From contig CAVQNG010000003.1 in the NCBI GenBank assembly GCA_963713825.1, positions 448,001-512,000 of the forward strand: a stretch of DNA of 64,000 bases, read 5' to 3'. Origin of the DNA: an uncultured Acidobacteriota bacterium (GTDB taxonomy: Bacteria > Acidobacteriota > Thermoanaerobaculia > Multivoradales > JAHEKO01). Positions 49,428-58,270 of the stretch are shown one piece after another. Below the pieces are notes generated by a model. The model was not told the origin of the DNA, made no database searches, and saw only the letters and a program-made list of their open reading frames with translations. The position numbers and the translations under genes are program-made. Position 1 is the stretch's first letter. Every line of letters starts with the position of its first letter.

Positions 49428-49919
49428 CTACTGAACGGCGCTGGACCACGCTGTGGTGTCGCCAGACTCGAAGCCGTCGGCGAAGACCCTGGTGATGGGC
49501 GGACAGGGCAGTGTGGCCGCGCGGACCACCTCCAAGCCGGTGCCCTCCACGCGGGCCGCTTCGGCTACGGACAGAGCCTCGGGATGACAACCGTTCCGGA
49601 CTTGGAGGTCTACCAGAGTTACCAGAGCTCCCGATCCGACCACCTGCACCAACCCCTCGATGATCGGCGTCCCGGCACCCGGCCCAGTGATCGTCAGGGA
49701 ACGAGGCACGTGGATCGACTCCGCATACGTCTGATCGACCAAGTCGATCTGGGTGCAAGCAAGATCGTCCACGGCCGCCTGAATCGTGAGGTGAGAGCCG
49801 GGCACGGTGCAGGTGATTGCTCGTACAGGGACCCGAGCCATCAGAACCAGAACCAGAACCAGAAACAAGACTGGCCTGACGAGGGGAGGTAGGGACTGCA
49901 GCGTTCGTCGCGTGCGCAT
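49428..49919 (-). CDS. Secreted protein with C-terminal FADGFESGD tail
   Basis: Signal peptide, VPG...TIQAAVD (beta-helix-like start), VFADGFESGDTTAWS. Confidence 0.7.
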   Translation of the reverse strand: MRTRRTLQSLPPLVRPVLFLVLVLVLMARVPVRAITCTVPGSHLTIQAAVDDLACTQIDLVDQTYAESIHVPRSLTITGPGAGTPIIEGLVQVVGSGALVTLVDLQVRNGCHPEALSVAEAARVEGTGLEVVRAATLPCPPITRVFADGFESGDTTAWSSAVQ

Positions 49920-49923
49920 CGGA

Positions 49924-51288
49924 CTATTGGCTGGCGCAGTAGAGATCCACGGTCACCGTGGAGGATCCTAGGGGGTTGAACGCACCGCACGCCCACCCCG
50001 TCGGCGGTAGACCGGCTCCAGCACTGGTCGGTGCGCTGTTGATCAGGGTGGCCGAGCCCGGGAAGGCCGTACATCCACCGGTCCAGACGATGCTGCCAGC
50101 TGGGCATGCTACGGAACAGCTGAAGGTGCCGCTGCAGGAAACGTGGGTCAGGGTCGGTTGTCCACAAACCCAGGCGGAGCCGTTCCAGTGAACGACCTGA
50201 CCCGGGCCACAGGACAGGCTTGCCAGGGTATCGGTACCCGTGCTGGCGCATACCCAGGCTCCTCCATCCCACTGTGCCACCTGTGTAGCGGCGCAGGAGA
50301 GGCCGCCCAGAGTGTCGTCGTTCTCGTCGGCGACACATTGCCAGGTCGCGCCATTCCACTTGGCGATCTGTGTTGGGCTACAGGCGAGAGATCCAAGTGT
50401 GTCGCTATCGGTCAGGGTGGTGACAACGTCGGCGCCATCCACTTGTAGGGTCATCGCGCCTGTACCGGAGTTGCGGATGTCGAACGTCTGATCGCTGCCG
50501 GAGGAGCGATCCAGTGTCGACTCGGTCAGTCCGGCGTCGGGTGCAACACCGTCTCCCCGCAAGAGCAAGTCGGTGGCATCTGCGGTGTTCTCCGCCGACA
50601 ACCCGGCGCCACCGGGCGAGCTGCTGATGCCTTCAACGCCGTAGGTCTCACCCGTTGGATCGGAAATCTCACCGCGAATGGCCGCGATTCCCGTCCCCTC
50701 TGGCGCACTGGGACCAGTACCAGCCTCGCCAGCTGCAGCCCCAAGCTCCAGAGTCTTTGTCCGTGGTTCCCTTTCCTCGCCTGCTACCTGCGGTCCCAGC
50801 GGGTCTGCCTCGCCACGTTGCGCACGTTCCACGTAGAGGTTGAGAACGTCGAGAGCCGCTTCGACCGCTGCCACCGTGGGTCGAGCGCCGACCGTAAACA
50901 TCCGGGGATCGGCCCACTTCGACGGCACGTCCTCGGCGAGAGCTCGTAGCGTCCAGGCATAGCTCCCTCCTGGCTTCAAGCATTGATCGAGAGACGGGGT
51001 CCACCCTCGGGCCGCTCCAGGGACCGTCACGCGAAGGACAGGCTCTACCTCCTCGACCCCTACACTTCGAGGCAGCTCCTCGGCGGAGAGCCGATAGATC
51101 ACCAGCTCAAAGGAGGTAGCCCTTACATCCGAGCCCCAGTTGAACGTGGGGCAGTGATCAGCGATTTCTACGCTTCTTTGGGAGTCACCCGGTGAGACCA
51201 ATTCAAGTGGCAGGCTTGCGCCCTGCGCCCAGGGGCTAGCGAGAAACAAGACGAGTGAAGGCACCAGAACTCGGCATGCTGTGTTCAT
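49924..51288 (-). CDS. Secreted protein with Cys/Trp (W(N/D)GxxWxC) repeats
   Basis: Signal peptide; three DTLxxLxCxxxQxxxW(N/D)GxxWxC repeats. Confidence 0.7.
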   Translation of the reverse strand: MNTACRVLVPSLVLFLASPWAQGASLPLELVSPGDSQRSVEIADHCPTFNWGSDVRATSFELVIYRLSAEELPRSVGVEEVEPVLRVTVPGAARGWTPSLDQCLKPGGSYAWTLRALAEDVPSKWADPRMFTVGARPTVAAVEAALDVLNLYVERAQRGEADPLGPQVAGEEREPRTKTLELGAAAGEAGTGPSAPEGTGIAAIRGEISDPTGETYGVEGISSSPGGAGLSAENTADATDLLLRGDGVAPDAGLTESTLDRSSGSDQTFDIRNSGTGAMTLQVDGADVVTTLTDSDTLGSLACSPTQIAKWNGATWQCVADENDDTLGGLSCAATQVAQWDGGAWVCASTGTDTLASLSCGPGQVVHWNGSAWVCGQPTLTHVSCSGTFSCSVACPAGSIVWTGGCTAFPGSATLINSAPTSAGAGLPPTGWACGAFNPLGSSTVTVDLYCASQ

Positions 51289-51452
51289 CTTGAAACTCCT
51301 TTACTGTGGTTCTTCCGAAGACAGAGCAGAAAGTCCAATCCGTCGCAGATTCACATCCGCGGTAAACGCCGAAGCAGCAGTCTTCTCTCCGATCCTACCT
51401 CGCTCGACAGCGGCTGAGATGACGGCGCCCTCCAGTCACTTTGCGGCCTTAC

Positions 51453-51712
51453 CTAGATGCGCCTAATGCAGTCATCTAGACTCTGTTTCACCTGATGTTC
51501 CCAGATCCGGATGACCGTCCACCCTTTTCGTCTGAGTGACTGGTGGTTTCGCCGATCTCGCTTTCGGTTCCCCACGATCTTTGCCTGCCACTTCGGAGAC
51601 AGGGTGTCTTTCCACGAAGGGAATCGCCAGCCGTGCCAGAAATCACCATCCAGGAAAACGGCAACCTGTTCCACCCTGAAGACGATCTCGGGCTTTCCAG
51701 CTAGGTCACCAC
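51453..51712 (-). pseudogene. vsr: Vsr very-short-patch repair endonuclease, N-terminally truncated
   Basis: LAGKPEIVF...VFLDGDFWHG...W..KI..N..RD...GWTVIRIWEH; N-terminus replaced by unrelated sequence. Confidence 0.75.
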
Positions 51713-51829
51713 CGTGCTTCTCGAGCTCGCGCCAGAACTCGGGCTCGGCGAGCAGGTCCTCCATGAAGGCCGCAGGGTCGATGATGGGCACCACCTATTG
51801 GTCTGTTGAGGGGTGGGTAGCGTTACAGG

Positions 51830-53179
51830 CTAGGGGTCAGAACTCGACCAAGCCGACGTGTCGCCCGACTCGAAGCCGTCCTGAAAGATCCAAGACGATT
51901 GGAACATCCGAGCTTGGATGCTCGTTAGATCATCATCGGTTCCAGGCGATCTCCAGCCTGACCAAGCCACGACAAACCTTCCTCCAGGCCCAGGAGCTAT
52001 CGCCGGATTCCGCTGGCCGTCTGTTGTGTAGCTGTTGACCTGAAAATCGCCTGTAAGGGGAGTGCTGTCTGCCTTGAACTCTCGCCCAAGGATCCCCGAT
52101 GAATCAGTATGAGGTGGCCTACCGTAGTGATGCCAAACAACGACGAACTCTCCATTCGGTCGCATCGCAATTGGCGAGGTCACCTGATACTGGGTCGTGT
52201 AGTTGCTGACCTGGAACTGTTGCCCGAGAGGCTCGCCCTCATTGTCGAATCGTTGTGCCTGGATCGTCCAGGCCGAGGTGTTGACGCCATAGAACGATGT
52301 CCAGGTCACCACGAAGTCACCAGAAGCGTCTGCGCCAATGTACGGGGCGGTTTGTACATGATCAGTGAAGGAATTGACCTGGAAGTCGCTGCCTTGAGGT
52401 GTTGTATCCGACAAGAAGCGGCGAGCTTGAATGCTCTGCCTCCAGTTATCCGACCCGTAGGACCCGTCACTAGTCCAGGTGACCACGAAGTTTCCTCCAG
52501 CGTCTGACGCTACCTGCGAATTTCGCTGCGGCCCGGTAGTGTAGCTGTTCACTCGAAACTCGCCCCCCATTGGCGTTCCATCTGACTGGAACCGCCGACC
52601 CTGCACGCTCCGGTCCGGGTCGGTTCCAAAGCCTCCTCCTGACCAAGTCACAACGAATTGACCATTTCCTTGACTCGCAGCCGCAGGGCAGCATTGGCTG
52701 CCGGTTGTATGGCTATTGACCTGGAACTCACGAGAGTCGTGGGGGGCCCAGGGTCTTACGACACGACCCTGGATGCTGAAACTGTCGGTATCGCTTTCAA
52801 ACGAGCCTTCACTGTGCCACATGACAATGAAATTGCCCGACTCATCCGCAACTGCATGAGGGAATGCCTGGGCACCTGTTGTGTAGGTATTGAGCTGAAA
52901 CTGGCTTCCCATCGGCGCGCCTAGAGCATCGAACCTCTGGACCTGAATGCTGTAGTCGTCTATGTCCGTTCCAGCGGAGCCCTCGCTCTGCCAGGCAATG
53001 AGAAAGCTCCCGTCGGGCGCTACCGCCACGGAAGGAAACCACTGCCAACCGGTGGTGTAGGTGTTGACCTGGAAATCATCACCAATTGGAACCGGCCCCT
53101 GAGCGGTCAGAGTAGAGGATTGGCAGAGCAGGAGACTCGCGCCCAGTAGGTTCGAGAACTTTCGGAGAAGGTGACGCAT
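51830..53179 (-). CDS. Secreted repeat protein (FQVNxYT repeats) with FQDGFESGD tail
   Basis: Seven roughly 58-aa repeats FQVNTYTT..Q..P....GxFVVxW; terminal IFQDGFESGDTSAWS. Confidence 0.8.
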   Translation of the reverse strand: MRHLLRKFSNLLGASLLLCQSSTLTAQGPVPIGDDFQVNTYTTGWQWFPSVAVAPDGSFLIAWQSEGSAGTDIDDYSIQVQRFDALGAPMGSQFQLNTYTTGAQAFPHAVADESGNFIVMWHSEGSFESDTDSFSIQGRVVRPWAPHDSREFQVNSHTTGSQCCPAAASQGNGQFVVTWSGGGFGTDPDRSVQGRRFQSDGTPMGGEFRVNSYTTGPQRNSQVASDAGGNFVVTWTSDGSYGSDNWRQSIQARRFLSDTTPQGSDFQVNSFTDHVQTAPYIGADASGDFVVTWTSFYGVNTSAWTIQAQRFDNEGEPLGQQFQVSNYTTQYQVTSPIAMRPNGEFVVVWHHYGRPPHTDSSGILGREFKADSTPLTGDFQVNSYTTDGQRNPAIAPGPGGRFVVAWSGWRSPGTDDDLTSIQARMFQSSWIFQDGFESGDTSAWSSSDP

Positions 53180-53342
53180 AGGCAGCCCAACAACGACCCA
53201 GAGTCCATGGTGGCACGAGGCCACACAAGAGTCAGTGATCTGCGCTACCGCTTTCGCAGGACTCTCTGCTCGCCGTCTTCCGGTGGGAATGATCCGGGGA
53301 GGCCAGTCTTTCCCCTTGCCCTCCCTGGACTTCTGACCTCCG

Positions 53343-53516
53343 GGTAGCTATCTCAATATTCGCGAACCTCTCCCGTGGCTCCGAGATACCGCTTCTGGCC
53401 ACGGAGACATGTCGGGGAGCTTCACTGGCAGTTCAGGGGTGCTTCTGAAGGTCCACTCCAAATGGACCACGCGTGGACCACGGACATTGAGTGATCGGTA
53501 CTCAATAGGGAGAAAG
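53343..53516. repeat. Junction J16: long arm B directly 3' of the intact tRNA (attL-like)
   Basis: Homologous to 43218-43368 and 38658-38792; aatggaccacgcgtggaccacgg; attgagt-N7-actcaat hairpin. Confidence 0.9.
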
Positions 53517-53606
53517 TGGCGGAGGGGAAGGGATTCGAACCCTTGGACCGCGTGAACGGTCGCCGGTTTTCAAGACCGGTGCTTTCGACCACTCAGCCAC
53601 CCCTCC
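53517..53606 (-). tRNA. tRNA-Ser(TGA)
   Basis: GGAGGGG/CCCCTCC acceptor stem, CCGGT-CTTGAAA-ACCGG anticodon arm, long variable arm, GGTTCGAATCC, GCCA end. Confidence 0.97.
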
Positions 53607-53679
53607 GCGAGTGGTGAGACACAAGAGCTTACTCGGATCAACGGCGAGTGTGTAGTCGTTGCCTCAATCTGCGAAAACT

Positions 53680-53892
53680 CTACTTGGACTTGTCTTTAAT
53701 GCTGCGGGTATCCCAGCCGAACACGTTGTAGGCGAGACAGCTGCCGCTCAAACCCGTGATCAGCGGAATCACTCCGATCCAGCCCCAAAGAGTCTGCGGT
53801 CCAACAAAAACCAGAGAGATCAGGCCGATGCCCACGATCACCCTCAAGGCGCGGTCCACGGTTCCCTCGTTGTGCGTAAATAGCTTGGCCAC
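53680..53892 (-). CDS. DUF2892 (YgaP-like) membrane protein
   Basis: NEGTVDRALR...PLITG..G.C.AY. Confidence 0.85.
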   Translation of the reverse strand: MAKLFTHNEGTVDRALRVIVGIGLISLVFVGPQTLWGWIGVIPLITGLSGSCLAYNVFGWDTRSIKDKSK

Positions 53893-53950
53893 TTTTCCAG
53901 CCTCCCTTTCCTACATGAGCCTAATTCTGGAACCTTAACAGGGAAGCCGT

Positions 53951-53992
53951 TTTGCGGCATCCGCTCGGGAGGGGGCAAGCCCCTCACCTACA
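53951..53992. repeat. REP-like hairpin outside the array
   Basis: gggagggggcaagcccctcacctaca, same family as the junction REPs. Confidence 0.7.
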
Positions 53993-54003
53993 TTCTGTGA
54001 CTC

Positions 54004-55425
54004 TCAGATCTCGGCCCGGGCGGCGTTTAGGGCGTCGAGCAATCTATCGAGGTCGGCCTCGGTGGTCCTGTGGCTGGTGATGCAGGCGCGGAGAACGGGG
54101 CGGTCTTCGAAGTGGGCAGCCGATATCCAGGCCTCACCCGCTTCGACGACATGCATCGCGACCGCCGTTGGCTCGGTGCCCGATCGTTGATCGACAAAGC
54201 AGACCGTTGCAAGACTCGGATTGTTGACCACCCTCCATTCGCTCTGATCGAGCAGGCCACACAGCCTCATGGCAAGTTCGATACTCCGCTCGATCATCGC
54301 TGCATAACCATCCCTTCCCAGAACAGCGAGGGAGAGGAAGAGTTTGAAGCCCATGAATCGCCGCGACCATTGCGCCGAATTCGAGTAGGGATCGAGTCCC
54401 GCCACACCTTCGGGCATGTAGCTCGTCTCGATGCCAAAGGTCTTGCCCAGAATCTCCTGGTCGCGGCAGAGAATCACGCCAGCGCCCATCGGCACCGCCA
54501 GCCACTTGTGGGCATCGAGCGTGATGGAATCTGAGGTTTCAATGCCCGACATCATCGCTCTGTGCATCGGACTGACACAGACGGCACCACCCCAGGCTGC
54601 GTCGACGTGGTACCAGAGGTCGTAGTCGTTGGCGACCTCGCGAATCGGCTGGAGGGGATCGATCATCCCCGCGTTCGTTGTACCAGCAGTGGCCGCAACC
54701 ATGACTGGCACATATCCGGACGACCGATCCTGGTCCACCATGAGCCGGAGGGCGGCGGCATCCATGCGACCCGTGCCATCGGTGGGCACCAGACGCACGG
54801 CCTTTCGGCCGATCCCGGTCTGATGTGCGATCTTGAACCAGGCGAGATGGCTCTCCTCCGAGGCGTAGATGAAGGGGCGTCCCGCAAAGCTCGTGGCGCC
54901 CTTGTCGGCGAAGGCCGGCTCCGCACGTGTCAGGGCCAAGAGGGTGGCGGTGTAGTTCGCTTCGGCACCTCCGGAGGTGAAGTGGCCGAAGGTCGCGTCC
55001 TCCTCCCACCCGATCCAGCTCCCCAGGGTCCGCACGACATGCCGTTCGATCTCGACGGCAACCGGGGCATGGGTCCAGACCGCCAACTGGGGATTCAGGG
55101 CAGCGGTGATCGTGTCGGCCAAGATGCTCGGGAACGTCGGCGATGGATTGAACAGGCCGAAGTACCGAGGGTGCTGAGTGTGCACCATACCTTGCTCCAG
55201 GAACTCCACCACATCATCGAGCACCGCTTCGGCGCTCCTTGGCTGGTTGAAGTCGTAGCGTTCCAGATGCTCGCGGATGCTCGACATGTCGAGAGATGGC
55301 ATTGGGGATCTCTCGGGCAAGGTATCGAGAGCTTCATCGAGGCGGCGTGTCACCTGCTTCCATAACGCCTCGCGGGTTTCGCTGTCCGGCAAGAGATCTC
55401 TCTCGAGAGCTTCCTGGTCTGTCAT
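54004..55425 (-). CDS. Group II PLP-dependent amino acid decarboxylase
   Basis: HPRYFG, SGGAEAN, ATAGTT..G..D, HVDAAWGG, DAHKW. Confidence 0.92.
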   Translation of the reverse strand: MTDQEALERDLLPDSETREALWKQVTRRLDEALDTLPERSPMPSLDMSSIREHLERYDFNQPRSAEAVLDDVVEFLEQGMVHTQHPRYFGLFNPSPTFPSILADTITAALNPQLAVWTHAPVAVEIERHVVRTLGSWIGWEEDATFGHFTSGGAEANYTATLLALTRAEPAFADKGATSFAGRPFIYASEESHLAWFKIAHQTGIGRKAVRLVPTDGTGRMDAAALRLMVDQDRSSGYVPVMVAATAGTTNAGMIDPLQPIREVANDYDLWYHVDAAWGGAVCVSPMHRAMMSGIETSDSITLDAHKWLAVPMGAGVILCRDQEILGKTFGIETSYMPEGVAGLDPYSNSAQWSRRFMGFKLFLSLAVLGRDGYAAMIERSIELAMRLCGLLDQSEWRVVNNPSLATVCFVDQRSGTEPTAVAMHVVEAGEAWISAAHFEDRPVLRACITSHRTTEADLDRLLDALNAARAEI

Positions 55426-55579
55426 TTCTCGTCCTCTCTTTGTCGCCCAGAAACTAGCTCATGGACCCGGGTGGCACAACCCGATTCGTGATTCTCCCCG
55501 ACCCTCCGGTCGCTGTGAGAGGTTGTAACGGTTCACAGGGGAGAGACGACATACAATCATGGGTGGAGGCCAACACATT

Positions 55580-55789
55580 ATGCGAAAGTCCTTCACCCTC
55601 GAGTATTGGCGTGATGAAGACTGGTTCGTGGGGCGACTACAGGAAGTCCCAGGAGTCTTCAGCCAGGGAGAGACTCTGGAGGAGCTCGAGGACAACATCC
55701 GTGACGCGTACGGGATGGTCTTGGCGGCACAGGAACCGCCGTTCGCTCCACAGGAGACCCAGTTCAAGGAGATCGAGGTCGAAGTGTGA
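55580..55789 (+). CDS. hicB: HicB-like antitoxin (short form)
   Basis: VPGVFSQGETLEELEDNIRDA. Confidence 0.85.
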   Translation: MRKSFTLEYWRDEDWFVGRLQEVPGVFSQGETLEELEDNIRDAYGMVLAAQEPPFAPQETQFKEIEVEV

Positions 55790-55965
55790 AGAGGCGCGCT
55801 TTCGTTCGAGAGCTGCAGCGCGCCGGTTGTCATCTCAAGCGACACGGAAAACAACACGACCTCTACAGCAACCCAGAGAATGGCAGGGTTGCTCCAATAC
55901 CACGACACACCGAGATCAAGGACAGTCTCTGCAAGCTGATCCGAGGGCAGCTCGGATTGAGCTGA
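55786..55965 (+). CDS. hicA: HicA-like mRNA interferase toxin
   Basis: Read manually (59 aa): KRRAFVRELQRAGC.LKRHGKQHDLY.NP......IPRHTEI; GTGA overlap with hicB. Confidence 0.85.
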   Translation: MKRRAFVRELQRAGCHLKRHGKQHDLYSNPENGRVAPIPRHTEIKDSLCKLIRGQLGLS

Positions 55966-56010
55966 CGACGAGCCAACTCCAATTCTTCACGTTCCCGCGG
56001 AAACGTCGAC

Positions 56011-56092
56011 GCGCGGGGGAAAGCCCCTCCCCTGCATCGCTCGCCCACCCCGGCCGGCAGGGGCGCCGGCCGCTTCAAGGTCCTCCCCTACG
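56011..56092. repeat. REP-like and GC-hairpin repeats
   Basis: gggggaaagcccctcccctgca and cggccggcaggggcgccggccgcttca (also at 40550, 43375 and 62626). Confidence 0.65.
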
Positions 56093-56123
56093 CGCCTACG
56101 CCCTTCCCGTGAGAGGCTAGTCC

Positions 56124-56894
56124 GTGCTGGTCATGCTGTACGTCGTCACTCTGCTCTTCATGCTCGTGGTTGGGGGCTTCCTGTTCCTCGAATGGGGGAG
56201 CAACTGGGGCTCATCCGCTGACGAGCAAAGCGCCAGGATGCCTGGCGATACGTTCTTCGAGGGTGGACCGTCACGGCGCCTGGCGATGACTCGTGCCGTC
56301 ACGATCAATGGCTCCCCAGAGATCGTCTGGCCCTGGTTGGCCCAGATGGGTCGCGGGGCTAGCTGGTACAGCTACGACTGGCTGGACAACGGTGGCAAGA
56401 CTTCAGCGCGGCATATCGTTTCCTGGATACCGGCTCCCGAGCTCGGCGACGCATCACCGATCGGATACCTGCGTCATCTCGACCACGGTCAGTCCATGGC
56501 CTGGTGGCTGGGAGGTGTGCGGTTCGCAGGTGCGACGGCTCGCCTGGTGGTGGATATCAGCCTGACCCGAAAGGGAGATCAGTCCCGGCTGGTGATTCGA
56601 AACTCGGCCGATGCTTCGGGAGTCATGGCGACAACCGCCCTTCTGGTGTTCCGATTCATCGATTCGATCATGGCCATTCGGCAGTTAGTGGGCATCCGCA
56701 ACCGTGTCGAGTGTTTCGGGGCACGGTCCGAGAACCCGGAAACCCCCGAAACCGGGGCCAAGGACCAATACCAGCTGTACGAGACGATCTTCGCCTCCGG
56801 AGAATGGGCTGGCAGGCGGGGCAGGGAGCACGCTGCGAGATGGCGTCAGTCAGCGCTCGAGGACGGAGTTATTCGTTCCAAGCCGCCCATGTAG
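56124..56894 (+). CDS. SRPBCC-like hypothetical protein
   Basis: WG...E....[31 protein letters not shown]. Confidence 0.7.
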   Translation: MLVMLYVVTLLFMLVVGGFLFLEWGSNWGSSADEQSARMPGDTFFEGGPSRRLAMTRAVTINGSPEIVWPWLAQMGRGASWYSYDWLDNGGKTSARHIVSWIPAPELGDASPIGYLRHLDHGQSMAWWLGGVRFAGATARLVVDISLTRKGDQSRLVIRNSADASGVMATTALLVFRFIDSIMAIRQLVGIRNRVECFGARSENPETPETGAKDQYQLYETIFASGEWAGRRGREHAARWRQSALEDGVIRSKPPM

Positions 56895-58138
56895 GGGCGG
56901 AGCTTCTCGGGGATGGTGACCGAGCCGTCCTCGTTCTGGTAGTTCTCCAGGATCGCCACCAGGGTACGACCCACAGCCAGGCCCGAGCCATTCAGTGTGT
57001 GAACGAGGCGTGTCTTGCCGCCATCGGCGGGGCGATACCGGATGTTGGCCCTCCGAGCCTGGAAAGCCGTGCAATTCGAGCAGGAGGAGATCTCTCGATA
57101 GGCCTCCTGGCCGGGAAGCCAGACCTCGAGGTCGTAGGTCTTGGCGGCAGCGAACCCCATGTCTCCAGTGGAAAGACAGACCGTGCGATAGGGCAGCTCG
57201 AGTAGCTGCAGGACCTTCTCGGCGGCAGCGGTGAGCTCCTCGAGAGCCTCGAAGCTCGTCTCCGGTGTGGCGAACTGGAACAGCTCGACCTTGTTGAACT
57301 GATGCTGGCGGATCAGGCCGCGCACATCCCGCCCGTGAGATCCGGCTTCTGCTCGGAAACAGGGAGTAAAGGCCACGTATTTAATGGGGAGCTGTGCTTC
57401 TTCAAGGGTCTCGCTGCGGTGGAGGTTGGTCAGGGGCACCTCGGCTGTCGGAGCCATGAAGTACTCGTGATCCTCGAGCTTGAAGAGATCCTCCTCGAAC
57501 TTGGGCAGCTGGCCGGAGCCGACGAGCGACTCACGGCTGACGATGAACGGTGGCAGGACTTCGGTGTAGCCGTGCTCACGAGTGTGGAGGTCGAGGAAGA
57601 AGTTGATCAGCGCCCGCTCGAGGTGGGCGCCGGCACCAAAGTAAGCCGTGAATCGGGCGCCAGTGATCTTGGCACCGCGCTCGAAATCCAAAATCCCCAG
57701 TTCAGGGCCGAGATCCCAATGGGCTTGGGGCTCGAAATCGAACTCTCGGGGCGTGCCGACCTTTCGTTCCTCGCGGTTGGCTGACTCGTCCTCGCCGCGA
57801 GGCACGCTCGCATCGGGCAGGTTGGGCAAGTTGAGCTCCACATCGGCCAGCTTCACCTCGACATCGGAGATCTTCTCTTCCAGCTCTCCGATGCGCCCCT
57901 TGAGACGGCCGACCTCCTCGATCTGGACAGCGGCGTCTCCACCCTGCTGTTTGACCTTGCCGATCTCCTTGCTGGCTTCGTTGCGCTGCCGTTTCAGATC
58001 CTCGACTTCGACCAGAGCCTCTCGCCGCTCCTTGTCGAGAACCTCCCAGCTGCCGAACAGCTCGGGGTCGGTACCCCGCGTCGCCAGCAACTCCCGAACC
58101 TCTTGCGGTCGTTCCCGCAGCAACTCTCTCGATAGCAT
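56846..58138 (-). CDS. serS: Serine--tRNA ligase
   Basis: N-terminal coiled coil, [33 protein letters not shown]. Confidence 0.98.
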   Translation of the reverse strand: MLSRELLRERPQEVRELLATRGTDPELFGSWEVLDKERREALVEVEDLKRQRNEASKEIGKVKQQGGDAAVQIEEVGRLKGRIGELEEKISDVEVKLADVELNLPNLPDASVPRGEDESANREERKVGTPREFDFEPQAHWDLGPELGILDFERGAKITGARFTAYFGAGAHLERALINFFLDLHTREHGYTEVLPPFIVSRESLVGSGQLPKFEEDLFKLEDHEYFMAPTAEVPLTNLHRSETLEEAQLPIKYVAFTPCFRAEAGSHGRDVRGLIRQHQFNKVELFQFATPETSFEALEELTAAAEKVLQLLELPYRTVCLSTGDMGFAAAKTYDLEVWLPGQEAYREISSCSNCTAFQARRANIRYRPADGGKTRLVHTLNGSGLAVGRTLVAILENYQNEDGSVTIPEKLRPYMGGLERITPSSSAD

Positions 58139-58270
58139 GAGGCGAGTCTAATGAGGGCAACAGAAGGGGTCAACGGCCAACGGACCACCCCCAGCAGTTG
58201 TAAACGATAAGATCCGATCCAAAGACGACCCTGCTTCCGGGCGTCGGGATCGGGCCCGGGAGACTCTTCC

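Noticed and set aside
49842-49866. CAGAAC hexamer repeat as a contingency locus
   Set aside because: It is in frame and encodes the LVLVLV hydrophobic signal segment of 49428-49919.
53180-53516. Integrase gene next to the tRNA
   Set aside because: There is no room for one, and no tyrosine (R-H-R-Y) or serine recombinase motifs were recognised in any ORF of the window.
4665-53606. CRISPR array interpretation of the recurring repeats
   Set aside because: Repeats are long, modular and separated by kilobases of genes. There are no regular spacers and no cas genes.
53517-58138. Functional link between serS and the tRNA-Ser array
   Set aside because: Proximity only. Unrelated genes intervene and no regulatory element linking them is visible.
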